Assembly (NCBI GenBank): GCA_944364615.1
Contig: CALVWF010000010.1
Coordinates: 1,388 to 65,387, forward strand
Length of the DNA stretch: 64,000 nucleotides
Origin: an uncultured Clostridia bacterium
Lineage (GTDB): Bacteria; Bacillota; Clostridia; Christensenellales; CAG-314
Direction: 5' to 3'
In this document: positions 9,356 to 19,206 of the stretch, in pieces
Layout of the letters: each line of letters opens with the position of its first letter
Position numbering within the stretch: the first letter of the stretch is position 1
Position numbers and translations under genes: made by a program
Notes under the pieces: model-generated
Seen by the model: only the letters and a program-made list of their open reading frames with translations
Databases searched by the model: none
What the model was told of the DNA's origin: nothing

Positions 9356-10235
9356 AGAAATAAAAACAGGGTTTGTAAAGGTAAAAAGCGTGCTTACTAA
9401 GTCTGATCTGCCCATTGCAGGATATTCAGTCAATCCTTACATAGGTTGCACGCACGCCTGCAGGTATTGCTATGCTTGCTTTATGAAGCGGTTTACCGGA
9501 CATGCGGAGCCTTGGGGAACATTTCTGGACGTAAAGTATTGGGACAAAATAAAGAACCCCCGAAAATACGACGGTCAGACAATGATCGTTGGCTCGGTTA
9601 CCGATGCGTATAATCCTCAGGAAGAACAGTTTTGCCGCACTCGTGAATTTCTCGAAGAGATGCAGGGAAGCAATATAAATCTGATCGTAACGACAAAATC
9701 CGATCTTGTCGTTCGCGATCTTGATCTTATAAAAACTTTTCCGTCGCCATTGGTAAGTTGGTCGATAAATACTCTCGACGAAAAGTTTAAAGAAGACATG
9801 GACAAAGCGGTGTCTGTACAACGCAGAATCGCGGCAATGAAAAAGTGCCATGACGAGGGAATACGCACAACCTGTTTTATTTCTCCTATTTTCCCCGAAA
9901 TAACGGATGTGTTCGCCATCATAGACAAAATAAAAGATTTCTGTGATTACATCTGGTTGGAAAATCTCAATCTGCGCGGAAATTTTAAAGCGGATATATT
10001 GAATTATATTGCGGAAAAGTATCCTGACCGCAAGTCGCTTTATCAGCAGATTTACACCAAAAACGATGTAACGTACTGGGAAATTTTAAACAGACAGGTA
10101 GAAGAATATGCTACAAAAAACGGACTTATGTACATAACAGACAAAGAACCGTTTTTGCGCGATCCCAACGGGAAACCCGTCATAATCAATTATTTTTATC
10201 ATTCGCAGATAAAACAATCGGCTAAAAGACAGTAA
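9348..10235 (+). CDS. Radical SAM protein, SplB-like (resembles 'radical SAM mobile pair protein B')
   Basis: CxxxCxxC (CTHACRYC), 'NPYIGC', 'GSVTDAYNP', 'WLENLNLRG'. Confidence 0.8.
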   Translation: MSEEIKTGFVKVKSVLTKSDLPIAGYSVNPYIGCTHACRYCYACFMKRFTGHAEPWGTFLDVKYWDKIKNPRKYDGQTMIVGSVTDAYNPQEEQFCRTREFLEEMQGSNINLIVTTKSDLVVRDLDLIKTFPSPLVSWSINTLDEKFKEDMDKAVSVQRRIAAMKKCHDEGIRTTCFISPIFPEITDVFAIIDKIKDFCDYIWLENLNLRGNFKADILNYIAEKYPDRKSLYQQIYTKNDVTYWEILNRQVEEYATKNGLMYITDKEPFLRDPNGKPVIINYFYHSQIKQSAKRQ

Positions 10236-10734
10236 ACCGAAAGAAATAATCTGCCCGCTGTTCTCGTTGTTCTGGGGAATAATTGCAGCAATATTTGTGT
10301 ATTTTTTGTTTCAGCCTCTCGACAGTCTTGTCGACATGGCGGTGAACAACGACCCGTTCTTGTTTTTTTTGCCGACAAATAAAAGCGGTGCTGACAAAAA
10401 CACCGGGTGTGTTACTTATTCTTTGTTGTTGACTTTTGTTTTGACGTGGTATGCTTTGCACGGCAGTATTAAATGTTTAATTTTATTGCACGTGGCACTA
10501 AAAAAAGCGCGGTAATCGGTGCCAACCGACTTGCTTTGTAAACTTAGTGCGCGCCTTTTGAATGGCGAATGTGACTGCGTTACTTGACACTTGCATTAAA
10601 AATGTGCCACAATATAAGCACCGTTGTAAAATCGTGACAAAAGGTGACGAATTGCATGGAACATTTATGCAGTTGCTGCGTTTTGCGCATTGTTGGGAAA
10701 GCAACGGTCAGAATCCGCTTTAAAAGAGGCTTGA

Positions 10735-11529
10735 ATGAATACGACTGTAATTACCGTTTTAGGGTTTTTAGTGATTTTTCTTGCCACAACGCTGGGAAGT
10801 TCGGTAGTGTGGTTTTTCAAAAAAGACATTTCGGAAAAAATAAACACCGTGTTTTTGGGCTTTGCGTCGGGAATAATGATTGCGGCGTCCGTCTGGTCGC
10901 TGATAATTCCCGCCATCGAAGGAGCAACCGAAAGTTGGGGCAGTTGGAGTTTCCTTCCTGCCGTAATCGGATTTATTGCGGGCGGACTGTTTCTGGTGCT
11001 TATAGACCGTATTGTTCCGCATTTTCACAGCGGTACAAACGAAGAAGAAGGTCCGCACGCTCCCGCACTGTCCAAGTCTATGAAGATGTTTCTTGCCGTA
11101 ACTATACACAACATTCCCGAAGGGCTTGCCGTGGGATTTGCCTTCGGAGCGGCGGCTACGTCGGGAGAATATGCCGCATATATTTCAGCGCTTGCGCTTG
11201 CAATAGGAATGGCGGTGCAAAATTTTCCCGAAGGCGCTGCGGTGGCATTGCCGATGAAATCGGTTACCGGCAGCAGACTGAAGTCTTTTCTTTACGGAAC
11301 GGTAAGCGGTGCGGTGGAGCCCGTTTTTGCCGTTGCGGGATTTTTTCTTGCGTCTCAACTTGCGCTTTTGCAACCGTGGTTTCTTGCATTTGCGGCGGGA
11401 GCGATGATTTTTGTGGTTGCCGAAGACCTTATACCCGATTCTCACCTTGCTTCCCATCCGCATCTCGGCACATGGGGAGTAATGATCGGATTTGCGGTAA
11501 TGATGGGTCTTGACGTTGCTTTGGGTTAA
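10735..11529 (+). CDS. zupT: ZIP-family metal transporter
   Basis: 'TIHNIPEGLAVG' and 'QNFPEGAAVALP' motifs, multiple TM segments. Confidence 0.88.
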   Translation: MNTTVITVLGFLVIFLATTLGSSVVWFFKKDISEKINTVFLGFASGIMIAASVWSLIIPAIEGATESWGSWSFLPAVIGFIAGGLFLVLIDRIVPHFHSGTNEEEGPHAPALSKSMKMFLAVTIHNIPEGLAVGFAFGAAATSGEYAAYISALALAIGMAVQNFPEGAAVALPMKSVTGSRLKSFLYGTVSGAVEPVFAVAGFFLASQLALLQPWFLAFAAGAMIFVVAEDLIPDSHLASHPHLGTWGVMIGFAVMMGLDVALG

Positions 11530-11599
11530 AGAGCATTTAAAACATCGTCTTTACAAACAGTTAAAAATCGTGTACAATTATGTACAGGGGTGAAGTGTT

Positions 11600-11965
11600 A
11601 TGCGCATACGCGAATCGGAAGAAATGTATCTTGAAACAATATTGTTGCTCAAACGTGAAAAGGCAAACGTGCGCTCCGTCGACGTGGTGGAAAAACTCGA
11701 CTACGCCAAATCCAGCGTTTCCCGCGGAGTCAACCTGCTTGTAGACAAAGGTTACATCACACTCGATCACAACAGCGGTGACATAGACTTTACCGAAACT
11801 GGCAGAAAAAAGGCGGAAAGTATCTACGAGCGTCATCGCGTTCTTACGCAAGCATTGGAAAAAATAGGCGCCGACCCCGTGCTCGCCGAAGAAAACGCAT
11901 GCCGTATCGAACACGTAATTTCGGAAGAATTGTTTGAGATTATCAAAAATTTTGTTCGTAACTGA
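11600..11965 (+). CDS. DtxR/MntR-family metal-dependent regulator (short form)
   Basis: 'ESEEMYLETI', 'ERHRVLT', 'AEENACRIEHVIS'. Confidence 0.9.
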   Translation: MRIRESEEMYLETILLLKREKANVRSVDVVEKLDYAKSSVSRGVNLLVDKGYITLDHNSGDIDFTETGRKKAESIYERHRVLTQALEKIGADPVLAEENACRIEHVISEELFEIIKNFVRN

Positions 11966-12326
11966 CGTGTGTTTGACGGCAAAACGCAAAAACTCCACCC
12001 GCTTGCTGTGGGTACTGTAAAGACAGTAAAGGTAATTAATATTTACGTATCGACAACATATGGCAAATACGGAAGGTCGCCCGAGGCGCCCTTTTTTTTG
12101 TTGCAAATGAAAAGGCTGAATGTCTGTTTTTGTCGGATAAATATACAATGTGCGGTTAAAGTGTCCCAATTTCAGTTGTACAGCGCGGCATTGCGTTTTT
12201 GTACAAAGCAGAGGTGTGCTTGTCGGTTGCCTTTTTTTGACAAAAGGTATATAATATTCGTTACGGTCGGAAGTTTTGTCGGGATTGCAAGAGTGAAATT
12301 TCAGTATATAAACTGTCGGAGGTTAA

Positions 12327-13178
12327 ATGGAAACAGTAAAAAACGTAACGCTGGACGAAGAAAGAGCATTGTACGGAAAACATGATCTGTTGGTAAGCAA
12401 CGTGTCTTTTGACGGCCCCGCTGACGGTGAAAGCGCATTAAAGGAATGTCGTAATATTACCGTGGAAAAATGCTTTTTCAACCTGCGCTATCCTATGTGG
12501 CATATACACGGGCTCAAGGTAACGGACAGCGAACTGACTGTTGCTTGCCGTGCGGCATTGTGGTATTGTGAGAATGTGGAAATCGACAACTCTCAGATGC
12601 ACGGGATAAAGGCTTTGCGTGAGTGCAAGAACGTCACAATCGGAAATTGCGACATAGTTTCTCCCGAATTCGGTTGGTCGGTAAACAACATTCATATGAC
12701 CGATTGTACCGCCCAAAGCGAGTATTTTATGTTGCGTGCGGAAAACCTTGTGTTTCGTAACGTCAGATTCAGCGGAAAGTATTCATTTCAGTATATCAGA
12801 AACGCTCGATTTGAAAACTGTGTGTTTGACACCAAGGACGCATTCTGGCATGCCGAAAACGTAGTTGTAAAGGACAGTATCGTAAACGGAGAGTACCTTG
12901 CATGGTATTCGGACAAATTGACTTTTGTAAATTGCACATTGAGCGGTACGCAACCACTATGTTATTGCAAAAATCTCAATCTTGTAAACTGTCAGATGAA
13001 CAACGCAGATCTGTGCTTTGAAAAATCTTACGTCAATGCGGAAATAACTACGCCCGTCATCAGCATCAAGAATGTTTACGGCGGAAAGGTTTGTGTTCCC
13101 GAAGTCGGGCAGATAATTTGTGATGACGAAAATGCCAAAGGGCAAATTGTCGTTTCGCAACGCAGACTTGCGGTGTGA
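12327..13178 (+). CDS. DUF3737-family beta-helix protein
   Basis: 'ERALYG', 'GESALKE', 'GKYSFQY', 'KDAFWH', 'GEYLAWYS', 'GTQPLCYC' pattern. Confidence 0.8.
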   Translation: METVKNVTLDEERALYGKHDLLVSNVSFDGPADGESALKECRNITVEKCFFNLRYPMWHIHGLKVTDSELTVACRAALWYCENVEIDNSQMHGIKALRECKNVTIGNCDIVSPEFGWSVNNIHMTDCTAQSEYFMLRAENLVFRNVRFSGKYSFQYIRNARFENCVFDTKDAFWHAENVVVKDSIVNGEYLAWYSDKLTFVNCTLSGTQPLCYCKNLNLVNCQMNNADLCFEKSYVNAEITTPVISIKNVYGGKVCVPEVGQIICDDENAKGQIVVSQRRLAV

Positions 13179-13335
13179 TTGACGTCGTAGTATTTAACTT
13201 TTCTTTGTGCAATGCGATTTTTGACAAACGTAGTGCGATTTTTGCAAAAGCAACCGTTAAAGTCTGCAATCGCCGTACTGCAATTACAGCAGGGCAGAAA
13301 ACAATTTATTAAGTATAAACGGAGATAATAATTAT

Positions 13336-15063
13336 ATGTTCAGACCCAGATATCTTTCATTGACAATTACGTCTGTAGTGTTGGCAATAGCCGTTATTTT
13401 GGGCTGTTGCGTACTGGTTACTCCCGGTGCATCAAGCAATCTTGACGGATTCAGCGCACAAAACGCTTTGTCGCATTTGAAGGTCATCGCTTCCGAACCT
13501 CACTCGGTATTTGACGCCGAAGCGCATGAGAAAGTGCGTCTTTACATCAAACAGACTCTTACTGACATGGGGCTTACCGTTGAGGAGCACAACTGGAACA
13601 AGGAAGATCTTGACTTTAAAGGAGACCTTGCCGAAGACGGTACTTTGGACAAGACCAAACCTATACCTTACGATGTAAAAAACCTGTGGGTAACTATCCC
13701 GGGCAAGAGTGAAACGGGCGTGCTGCTTATGGCTCACTACGATTCGAGAGGACACGCCGCGCGTGACGGCGAAGAAGGCGGTTCTTACGGTGCGGCTGAC
13801 GACGGATTCGGTGTCGTGACATTGCTGGAAATAGCAAGACTTTACGCAGACGCCGACCCCGACAAACTGGAAACGAGCATTTACATCTGCTTTACCGACG
13901 CTGAAGAAACGGGAATGTTCGGCGCGACGTTGGAATCCATGCAAAACGACATAGTTAAAAATAAGGTTAACTTTGTCGTCAACGTCGAGGCGCGCGGAGT
14001 AAGAGGTCCCGCGTACATGTTCGAAACAAGCAAAAACAACGGCAAGGTAATAGACCTGTATGCCAAGGCGGATCTTCCGATGACCTATTCCGTTGCCACG
14101 GCGGTGTACTCGGTAATGACCAACTTTACCGACTTCACCCCCATGCTGGAAATAGGTAAGGCGGGTATAAATTTTTCCACCCTTGACAACATCAATTACT
14201 ACCACGTTCCCGCCGACAACGTTTCAAACATCAATGTTAACAGCATACAACATTACGGAAGTCAGATTATTCCCGTTTTGAACGAATACACATCCAATGC
14301 CGCGTACGCCGATATAAATTACTTTAAAGATACACAGGACGCGGTGTTCTTCAACATTTTACCGGGAGTGCTTGTGCGTTACTCGGAAACACTTGCGAAA
14401 GTGCTTGTTTTCGTAGGCATTGCAATTTACGCAACCGCAGTTGTACTGTTGGCAAAACAAGGCAGACTCAACGGTAAACGCGTTGCCGTTGCTCTGGCAA
14501 TTGTATTGGCAACGGTTATCGGCGCGGCAGTTGCCGGATTTGCCGTGTCTTACCTGACCGCTTTGGCAGTAGGTCACAAATGGAATCTTACCAACCTGCG
14601 TGTTACGGCGTCAGGTATACCTTTTGCATTGTCCCTTGCGATAGTGCTGGGATTGGCGTTGTGGTTCTGCCTGAAAAAGTTTAAAAAGCACAACAATTCC
14701 GCAACGGAATATCTTGTCGCGGGAGCGGGCTGGAATATGTTGTTTGCTACAGTTACCGTATTTGCGTTGTCGGGAACATCTTTCCTGTTTTTCTGGCCTG
14801 CGTTTTTCGCGTCGGTGGCTTTGCTTGTCAAGGCGTTGACTGCAAATGCCGTAGCGGGACATATAGTATATTCGGTAACAAACGCATTTACGTTGCTTAT
14901 CTTTGTTCCGTTGATATATTCGCTGTTTATTGCTGTTACAACGGGAGGTTTGCTTGCGCTGACATTGCTTTTGGCATTTGCGCTTTCGGTGGTTTTGCCT
15001 TCGGTATTTTTGCAAAAAGACATAAATACAGTTTGCGAAATTCCCGTTTCTCAGAATTCCTGA
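13336..15063 (+). CDS. Membrane-bound M28-family metallopeptidase
   Basis: 'AHYDS', 'GAADDGFGV', 'DAEETG', 'EARG', 'YYHVPAD', followed by multiple C-terminal TMs. Confidence 0.85.
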   Translation: MFRPRYLSLTITSVVLAIAVILGCCVLVTPGASSNLDGFSAQNALSHLKVIASEPHSVFDAEAHEKVRLYIKQTLTDMGLTVEEHNWNKEDLDFKGDLAEDGTLDKTKPIPYDVKNLWVTIPGKSETGVLLMAHYDSRGHAARDGEEGGSYGAADDGFGVVTLLEIARLYADADPDKLETSIYICFTDAEETGMFGATLESMQNDIVKNKVNFVVNVEARGVRGPAYMFETSKNNGKVIDLYAKADLPMTYSVATAVYSVMTNFTDFTPMLEIGKAGINFSTLDNINYYHVPADNVSNINVNSIQHYGSQIIPVLNEYTSNAAYADINYFKDTQDAVFFNILPGVLVRYSETLAKVLVFVGIAIYATAVVLLAKQGRLNGKRVAVALAIVLATVIGAAVAGFAVSYLTALAVGHKWNLTNLRVTASGIPFALSLAIVLGLALWFCLKKFKKHNNSATEYLVAGAGWNMLFATVTVFALSGTSFLFFWPAFFASVALLVKALTANAVAGHIVYSVTNAFTLLIFVPLIYSLFIAVTTGGLLALTLLLAFALSVVLPSVFLQKDINTVCEIPVSQNS

Positions 15064-15083
15064 AAACAAATGTCTTTGAATTT

Positions 15084-15120
15084 AAAAACACGTCGCCTGA
15101 ATAAAGCGACGTGTTTTTTT
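15084..15120 (+). terminator. Rho-independent terminator
   Basis: AAAAACACGTCGC / GCGACGTGTTTTT stem. Confidence 0.85.
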
Positions 15121-15443
15121 TACTTCCATATGTTGTGAAAGTATTCGTACTTATTGCCGTTTTGTTTTAATACTTTTATATATTTAACAACTTTATTTTC
15201 TCAACATATTGAAATAGTGGCAGTTTTATGTTATAATTTAGCAAAATCTAATATGATTTGCGTCAAGGTTTAAATTTTTCGGTTTAAATATTTACGGTAA
15301 TAAATGTTGTCAAAAAAGTGTTGATACACATTGAATTTAAAAGAATTATTGCGGACTACGTAACGCGCTGTGTATCTCGGAGTATTTTTGTAAAAATTTT
15401 GTTTTGTCAGCGGACGTTCGGAAATTGCATTAGGGGAGAGAGT

Positions 15444-16520
15444 ATGGTTCTGTTTTTAAATTTGAAGAGTTTCTTTAAGTCCGACAAACTGCTGTCTGCG
15501 GTGTTTTCCGTAATGATGGTCGTTTGTCTTGTAGGTGCGCTTTTCGGCATAAATTACGTGCAGTGTACCGTGGATTTCTACAACGAATACGAAACGTCCA
15601 ACAAACAGTACACCGTATATACCAACGGGCAGGACGCAGCACATTGCGTCAGGACATTCCTGAACGAATACGCAGACCAGACCGACTACGTCTACGCGGA
15701 AATTCCGTTGCAGTTGGAGGATCAACCCGTAAAATTGCAAGCCATTGCACATCTTTCAGACAGGCAGTTTGCAATGCTCTCCGTTTCTTACGGCACGCCG
15801 CTTAGCATGAGTGACATTTCGGAGGGCGCGCCGAAAATCATGCTTGACGCCGTTTATTTCGACATTTCCTTCCTCGGACAAACAGTTGCGGCAGGCGGTA
15901 CCGACTGCCGTGTAGTGGGAATGGGCAGCGGCAATTATTCTACGTTTTTTTCCATTTCGGATATGACAGCGGTGGAACGTATCTCTATTGTTATGATGTC
16001 TCCCGTGTACAGCGACGAAACACGGGAGGAGTTTACCCGATATCTTTCAGAAACGTTTGAAGGAATGAGGGTGGTTGCGCCCGACAACGTCAACTTCATG
16101 AGTATATTCGACTTTGCTCCGATGCTGTTGCCTACGGTGGTTTTAGTGTTTTTGGGTTTTGTAAATCTGGCGTTTTTATATGTGTATTTTATAAAAATCC
16201 GCAAGAAACAGTATGCCGTGTTCAGGCTGAGCGGAGCAAGCGCATTGAATGTGTTTTTAATGTTTGCGGGTGAAATACTGACGTTGTTTACAGGTGCGTA
16301 TCTGATTTCCGTTGCGGGGTACAAGGCGTTGGCAGCCTTGTTTTTCGACGGTACGTCTTCCATTGAAAGTATGACGCTTTCGGGAATAGCGGTGTTTGAC
16401 AGTATGAATTTTCTTCGCTATCTTGCAGTTTATCTTTCATTGGCGGTATTGTTTGTAGTGGCATTTATCGGTCCGTTGTTGAAAACCGTAAGGTCGGACA
16501 TCGTGGTCAGGGAGAGTTGA
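15444..16520 (+). CDS. FtsX/MacB-like ABC permease
   Basis: One TM, an extracellular domain, then three TMs with 'RKKQYAVFRLSGAS'. SD GGGGAG supports the ATG at 15444. Confidence 0.75.
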   Translation: MVLFLNLKSFFKSDKLLSAVFSVMMVVCLVGALFGINYVQCTVDFYNEYETSNKQYTVYTNGQDAAHCVRTFLNEYADQTDYVYAEIPLQLEDQPVKLQAIAHLSDRQFAMLSVSYGTPLSMSDISEGAPKIMLDAVYFDISFLGQTVAAGGTDCRVVGMGSGNYSTFFSISDMTAVERISIVMMSPVYSDETREEFTRYLSETFEGMRVVAPDNVNFMSIFDFAPMLLPTVVLVFLGFVNLAFLYVYFIKIRKKQYAVFRLSGASALNVFLMFAGEILTLFTGAYLISVAGYKALAALFFDGTSSIESMTLSGIAVFDSMNFLRYLAVYLSLAVLFVVAFIGPLLKTVRSDIVVRES

Positions 16521-16521
16521 T

Positions 16522-17850
16522 ATGAAGTTGATTTTTTCTTTGTTCAGCAGAAGACTGTTTTTAAATATTTTGGTAGCGCTGCAGATTTGCGCGTCCGTGG
16601 TGTTTGGAATGATCGCGTTGTCTGTGATGCAGAATTACCGTTTCTATTACGACGTCACCTCTTCGCTATCCGACTCTTACTTTTATTCGCCGGGCGACGA
16701 AGCAAGTTACTACGACGAAAACTCTGCGGTAATAAGATACCTCAACGACGAAAAAATAGAACTTTCACGGGTGCAGACGAATTCTTGGCTTTCCGGCTAT
16801 GACCCAACTGTCGAGGATCCTCTTCGTTCGTGGTTGAATTGCTACTATACCCTTGACAATATTTACATTGTGGGCCCTGCCGTGTCGGAAATGATGTCCG
16901 CTCAACTCAAATCGGGCAGGTGGTTTACAGACGGTAAAGAAGACGGGGTAATAGAATGCGTCATTGTAGGCGATGAACGCCTGTTCCCGATAGGTACGGT
17001 TCTTGATTTGGGCGAGTTTCGTTTCGTCAAGCCCGACGAGGACTCTTCCGAACCCGGCGGCTACGTCATTGCAAATAAAGTCAGATTGCGCGTAGTGGGA
17101 AGTTGCGGTACAAGCGCGGAAGCGCTTGAAATGTCCGCTTGGACTACTCCGCCCGAAGCAATGGAACTGAGTATGTTGTTCGAAAGTCTCAACTACGGTT
17201 CCGACAACTTTTTCGAAAGTCTTTCCGCGCCGTACAAAAGCAGTAGCGACTCCGATGACAAACCCGAATTGTCGGTAATTTGTTCCTCTGCGGCAATGTA
17301 TGACAGCGTCATAGGCGCTCCGGAAAATGCTTCAAGTGTAAAAAGAGCGGTTTTTTCATTTACGGAAAACGTAACCGAACAGGAAAAGCAACAGATAATT
17401 GCAGTAATGAAAAACGAAGCAAGCGTCATTGCTGTCGAAACGCTGAGGGAAAACCAACTGAAAGCGTTCAACGCAACGTTGTTGCAATATCTGCCGTTGC
17501 TGATGTGCTTTACCGTGCTTGTAGTGGTAGGGGTGATCGGAAGCGCTATTCTCAATATGTCTGACAACAGAAGGGTGTTTCAATCGTGCTTTATCTGCGG
17601 AATGAGCGTAAGGCAAGGCTGTTTGTCTGTATTGGCTTATACGGGCATTCTGCTGACTGTTGCCGCAATGCTGACTGTGGTGAGTTGGACATTGCTGTCC
17701 GTCGCGCGCGTCGTTCCTTGGGCGCAGATGTATTTTAACGGCAACTGCGTATTGTTGGCAGTGGCGGTGTTTGTCCTGTCCGCATTGCTGATGTTTATCG
17801 CAAGTGTACCCATGCTCAAAAAATATTTTTCTGACGGAGCGGAAATATGA
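16522..17850 (+). CDS. FtsX/MacB-like ABC permease
   Basis: Same topology, 'RRVFQSCFICGMS'. Translationally coupled to the neighbouring genes. Confidence 0.7.
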   Translation: MKLIFSLFSRRLFLNILVALQICASVVFGMIALSVMQNYRFYYDVTSSLSDSYFYSPGDEASYYDENSAVIRYLNDEKIELSRVQTNSWLSGYDPTVEDPLRSWLNCYYTLDNIYIVGPAVSEMMSAQLKSGRWFTDGKEDGVIECVIVGDERLFPIGTVLDLGEFRFVKPDEDSSEPGGYVIANKVRLRVVGSCGTSAEALEMSAWTTPPEAMELSMLFESLNYGSDNFFESLSAPYKSSSDSDDKPELSVICSSAAMYDSVIGAPENASSVKRAVFSFTENVTEQEKQQIIAVMKNEASVIAVETLRENQLKAFNATLLQYLPLLMCFTVLVVVGVIGSAILNMSDNRRVFQSCFICGMSVRQGCLSVLAYTGILLTVAAMLTVVSWTLLSVARVVPWAQMYFNGNCVLLAVAVFVLSALLMFIASVPMLKKYFSDGAEI

Positions 17851-18521
17851 TTGAATTAAAGGATATAAGCAAAAGTTACAACTACAACAAATCCAACGAA
17901 ACAGTGGCGTTGCATTCGGTAAATCTTAAAATCGACAAAGGAGAAATGGTGGCGGTAGTTGGACCGTCGGGGGCGGGCAAGTCTACATTGTTGCACGTTA
18001 TAGGTGCATTGTGCACCATACAGTCAGGCAGTTACACCTTTGACGGAGAAGACGTTTCGGCAATGTCCGAAAACAAAAGAAGCAGATTCCGCAACGAAAA
18101 AATCGGTATCGTAATGCAAAATTTCGCGTTGGTGGAGGAGTACACGGTAGCAGACAATGTTGCCATTCCGCTGTATTTCCGCAAAGGCGTCAAAAACAGA
18201 AGGCAACTTGTGGCGGACGCAATGCAGAAAACGGGTATATACGACCTTAAAAACAAATACGCCTACCAGTTGTCGGGCGGAGAAAAACAGCGTTGCGCGA
18301 TTTCCCGTTGTCTTTGCCAAAATCCGCAGGTGATACTTGCCGATGAGCCAACGGGACAACTCGATTCGGCAAACGCCGCAAATATAATGGACATCTTCGA
18401 GCGACTGAACAATGAAGGCATGACTGTAATTGTAGTAACGCACGACGAAAACGTGGCAAACAGGTGCAAACGAATTGTGCATATTAAGGACGGTCAGGTG
18501 TTGAGCGATGTTGTCAGATGA
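17847..18521 (+). CDS. ABC transporter ATP-binding protein (LolD/MacB type)
   Basis: GPSGAGKST, LSGGEKQR, ILADEPTGQLD, VTHD. Confidence 0.93.
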   Translation: MIELKDISKSYNYNKSNETVALHSVNLKIDKGEMVAVVGPSGAGKSTLLHVIGALCTIQSGSYTFDGEDVSAMSENKRSRFRNEKIGIVMQNFALVEEYTVADNVAIPLYFRKGVKNRRQLVADAMQKTGIYDLKNKYAYQLSGGEKQRCAISRCLCQNPQVILADEPTGQLDSANAANIMDIFERLNNEGMTVIVVTHDENVANRCKRIVHIKDGQVLSDVVR

Positions 18522-19203
18522 AATTTTAAGCGTCGTGAACGTCACGCACAGATACAACGAAAGGGAAATACCTGCTCTGTCCGACATTTCATTTACATTG
18601 CGCAAAGGGGAAATGCTTGCCGTGACAGGTGCGTCAGGCGCCGGCAAAAGCACTTTGCTTAAAATTGCGGGCACATTTTTAAAGCCGACTGCGGGTGATG
18701 TAAAGTTCGAAGGCGGTATTCTGCCTTACGCTCTGTCGCAGTCGCGACTGCAAAAGTTCAGACGGGAGCAGATAGGTTTTGTCGAACAGGACTTTGCTCT
18801 TATTGACGTCCTCACCGCCGGTGAAAATATTATGCTTGCAATGCAACTGGAAGGCTGCGTAAATTACAGGTTTCTTTTCGATGTTACATCGCATCTCGGT
18901 TTAGACAAGTGTCTTGACAGGTATCCTTACGAACTGTCACGCGGCGAACAACAGCGTGTGGCTATTGCAAGAGCGGTCGCAAAAAAGCCGTGTTTGCTTA
19001 TTGCCGACGAACCGACGGCAAATCTTGACAGATCCAACGGTGAAAAGGTAGAAGAACTTTTGTGGGAAATAAATCTGAGGTACGGTCAGACAGTAATATT
19101 TGCCACGCACGACAAAAGTTTTGCAGACAGGGCGACTAAACGACTGACCCTTTCCGACGGAGTCGCCGTACTTTCGACAAACAGAAAAGCAAACGGCAGG
19201 TAA
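18508..19203 (+). CDS. Second ABC transporter ATP-binding protein
   Basis: GASGAGKST, LSRGEQQR, IADEPTANLD, ATHD. Confidence 0.92.
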   Translation: MLSDEILSVVNVTHRYNEREIPALSDISFTLRKGEMLAVTGASGAGKSTLLKIAGTFLKPTAGDVKFEGGILPYALSQSRLQKFRREQIGFVEQDFALIDVLTAGENIMLAMQLEGCVNYRFLFDVTSHLGLDKCLDRYPYELSRGEQQRVAIARAVAKKPCLLIADEPTANLDRSNGEKVEELLWEINLRYGQTVIFATHDKSFADRATKRLTLSDGVAVLSTNRKANGR

Positions 19204-19206
19204 ACG

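Noticed and set aside
10267-10515. 82-aa hydrophobic ORF between the radical SAM and ZIP genes
   Set aside because: TTG start with no SD and no recognisable motif. Probably a chance ORF in T-rich DNA.
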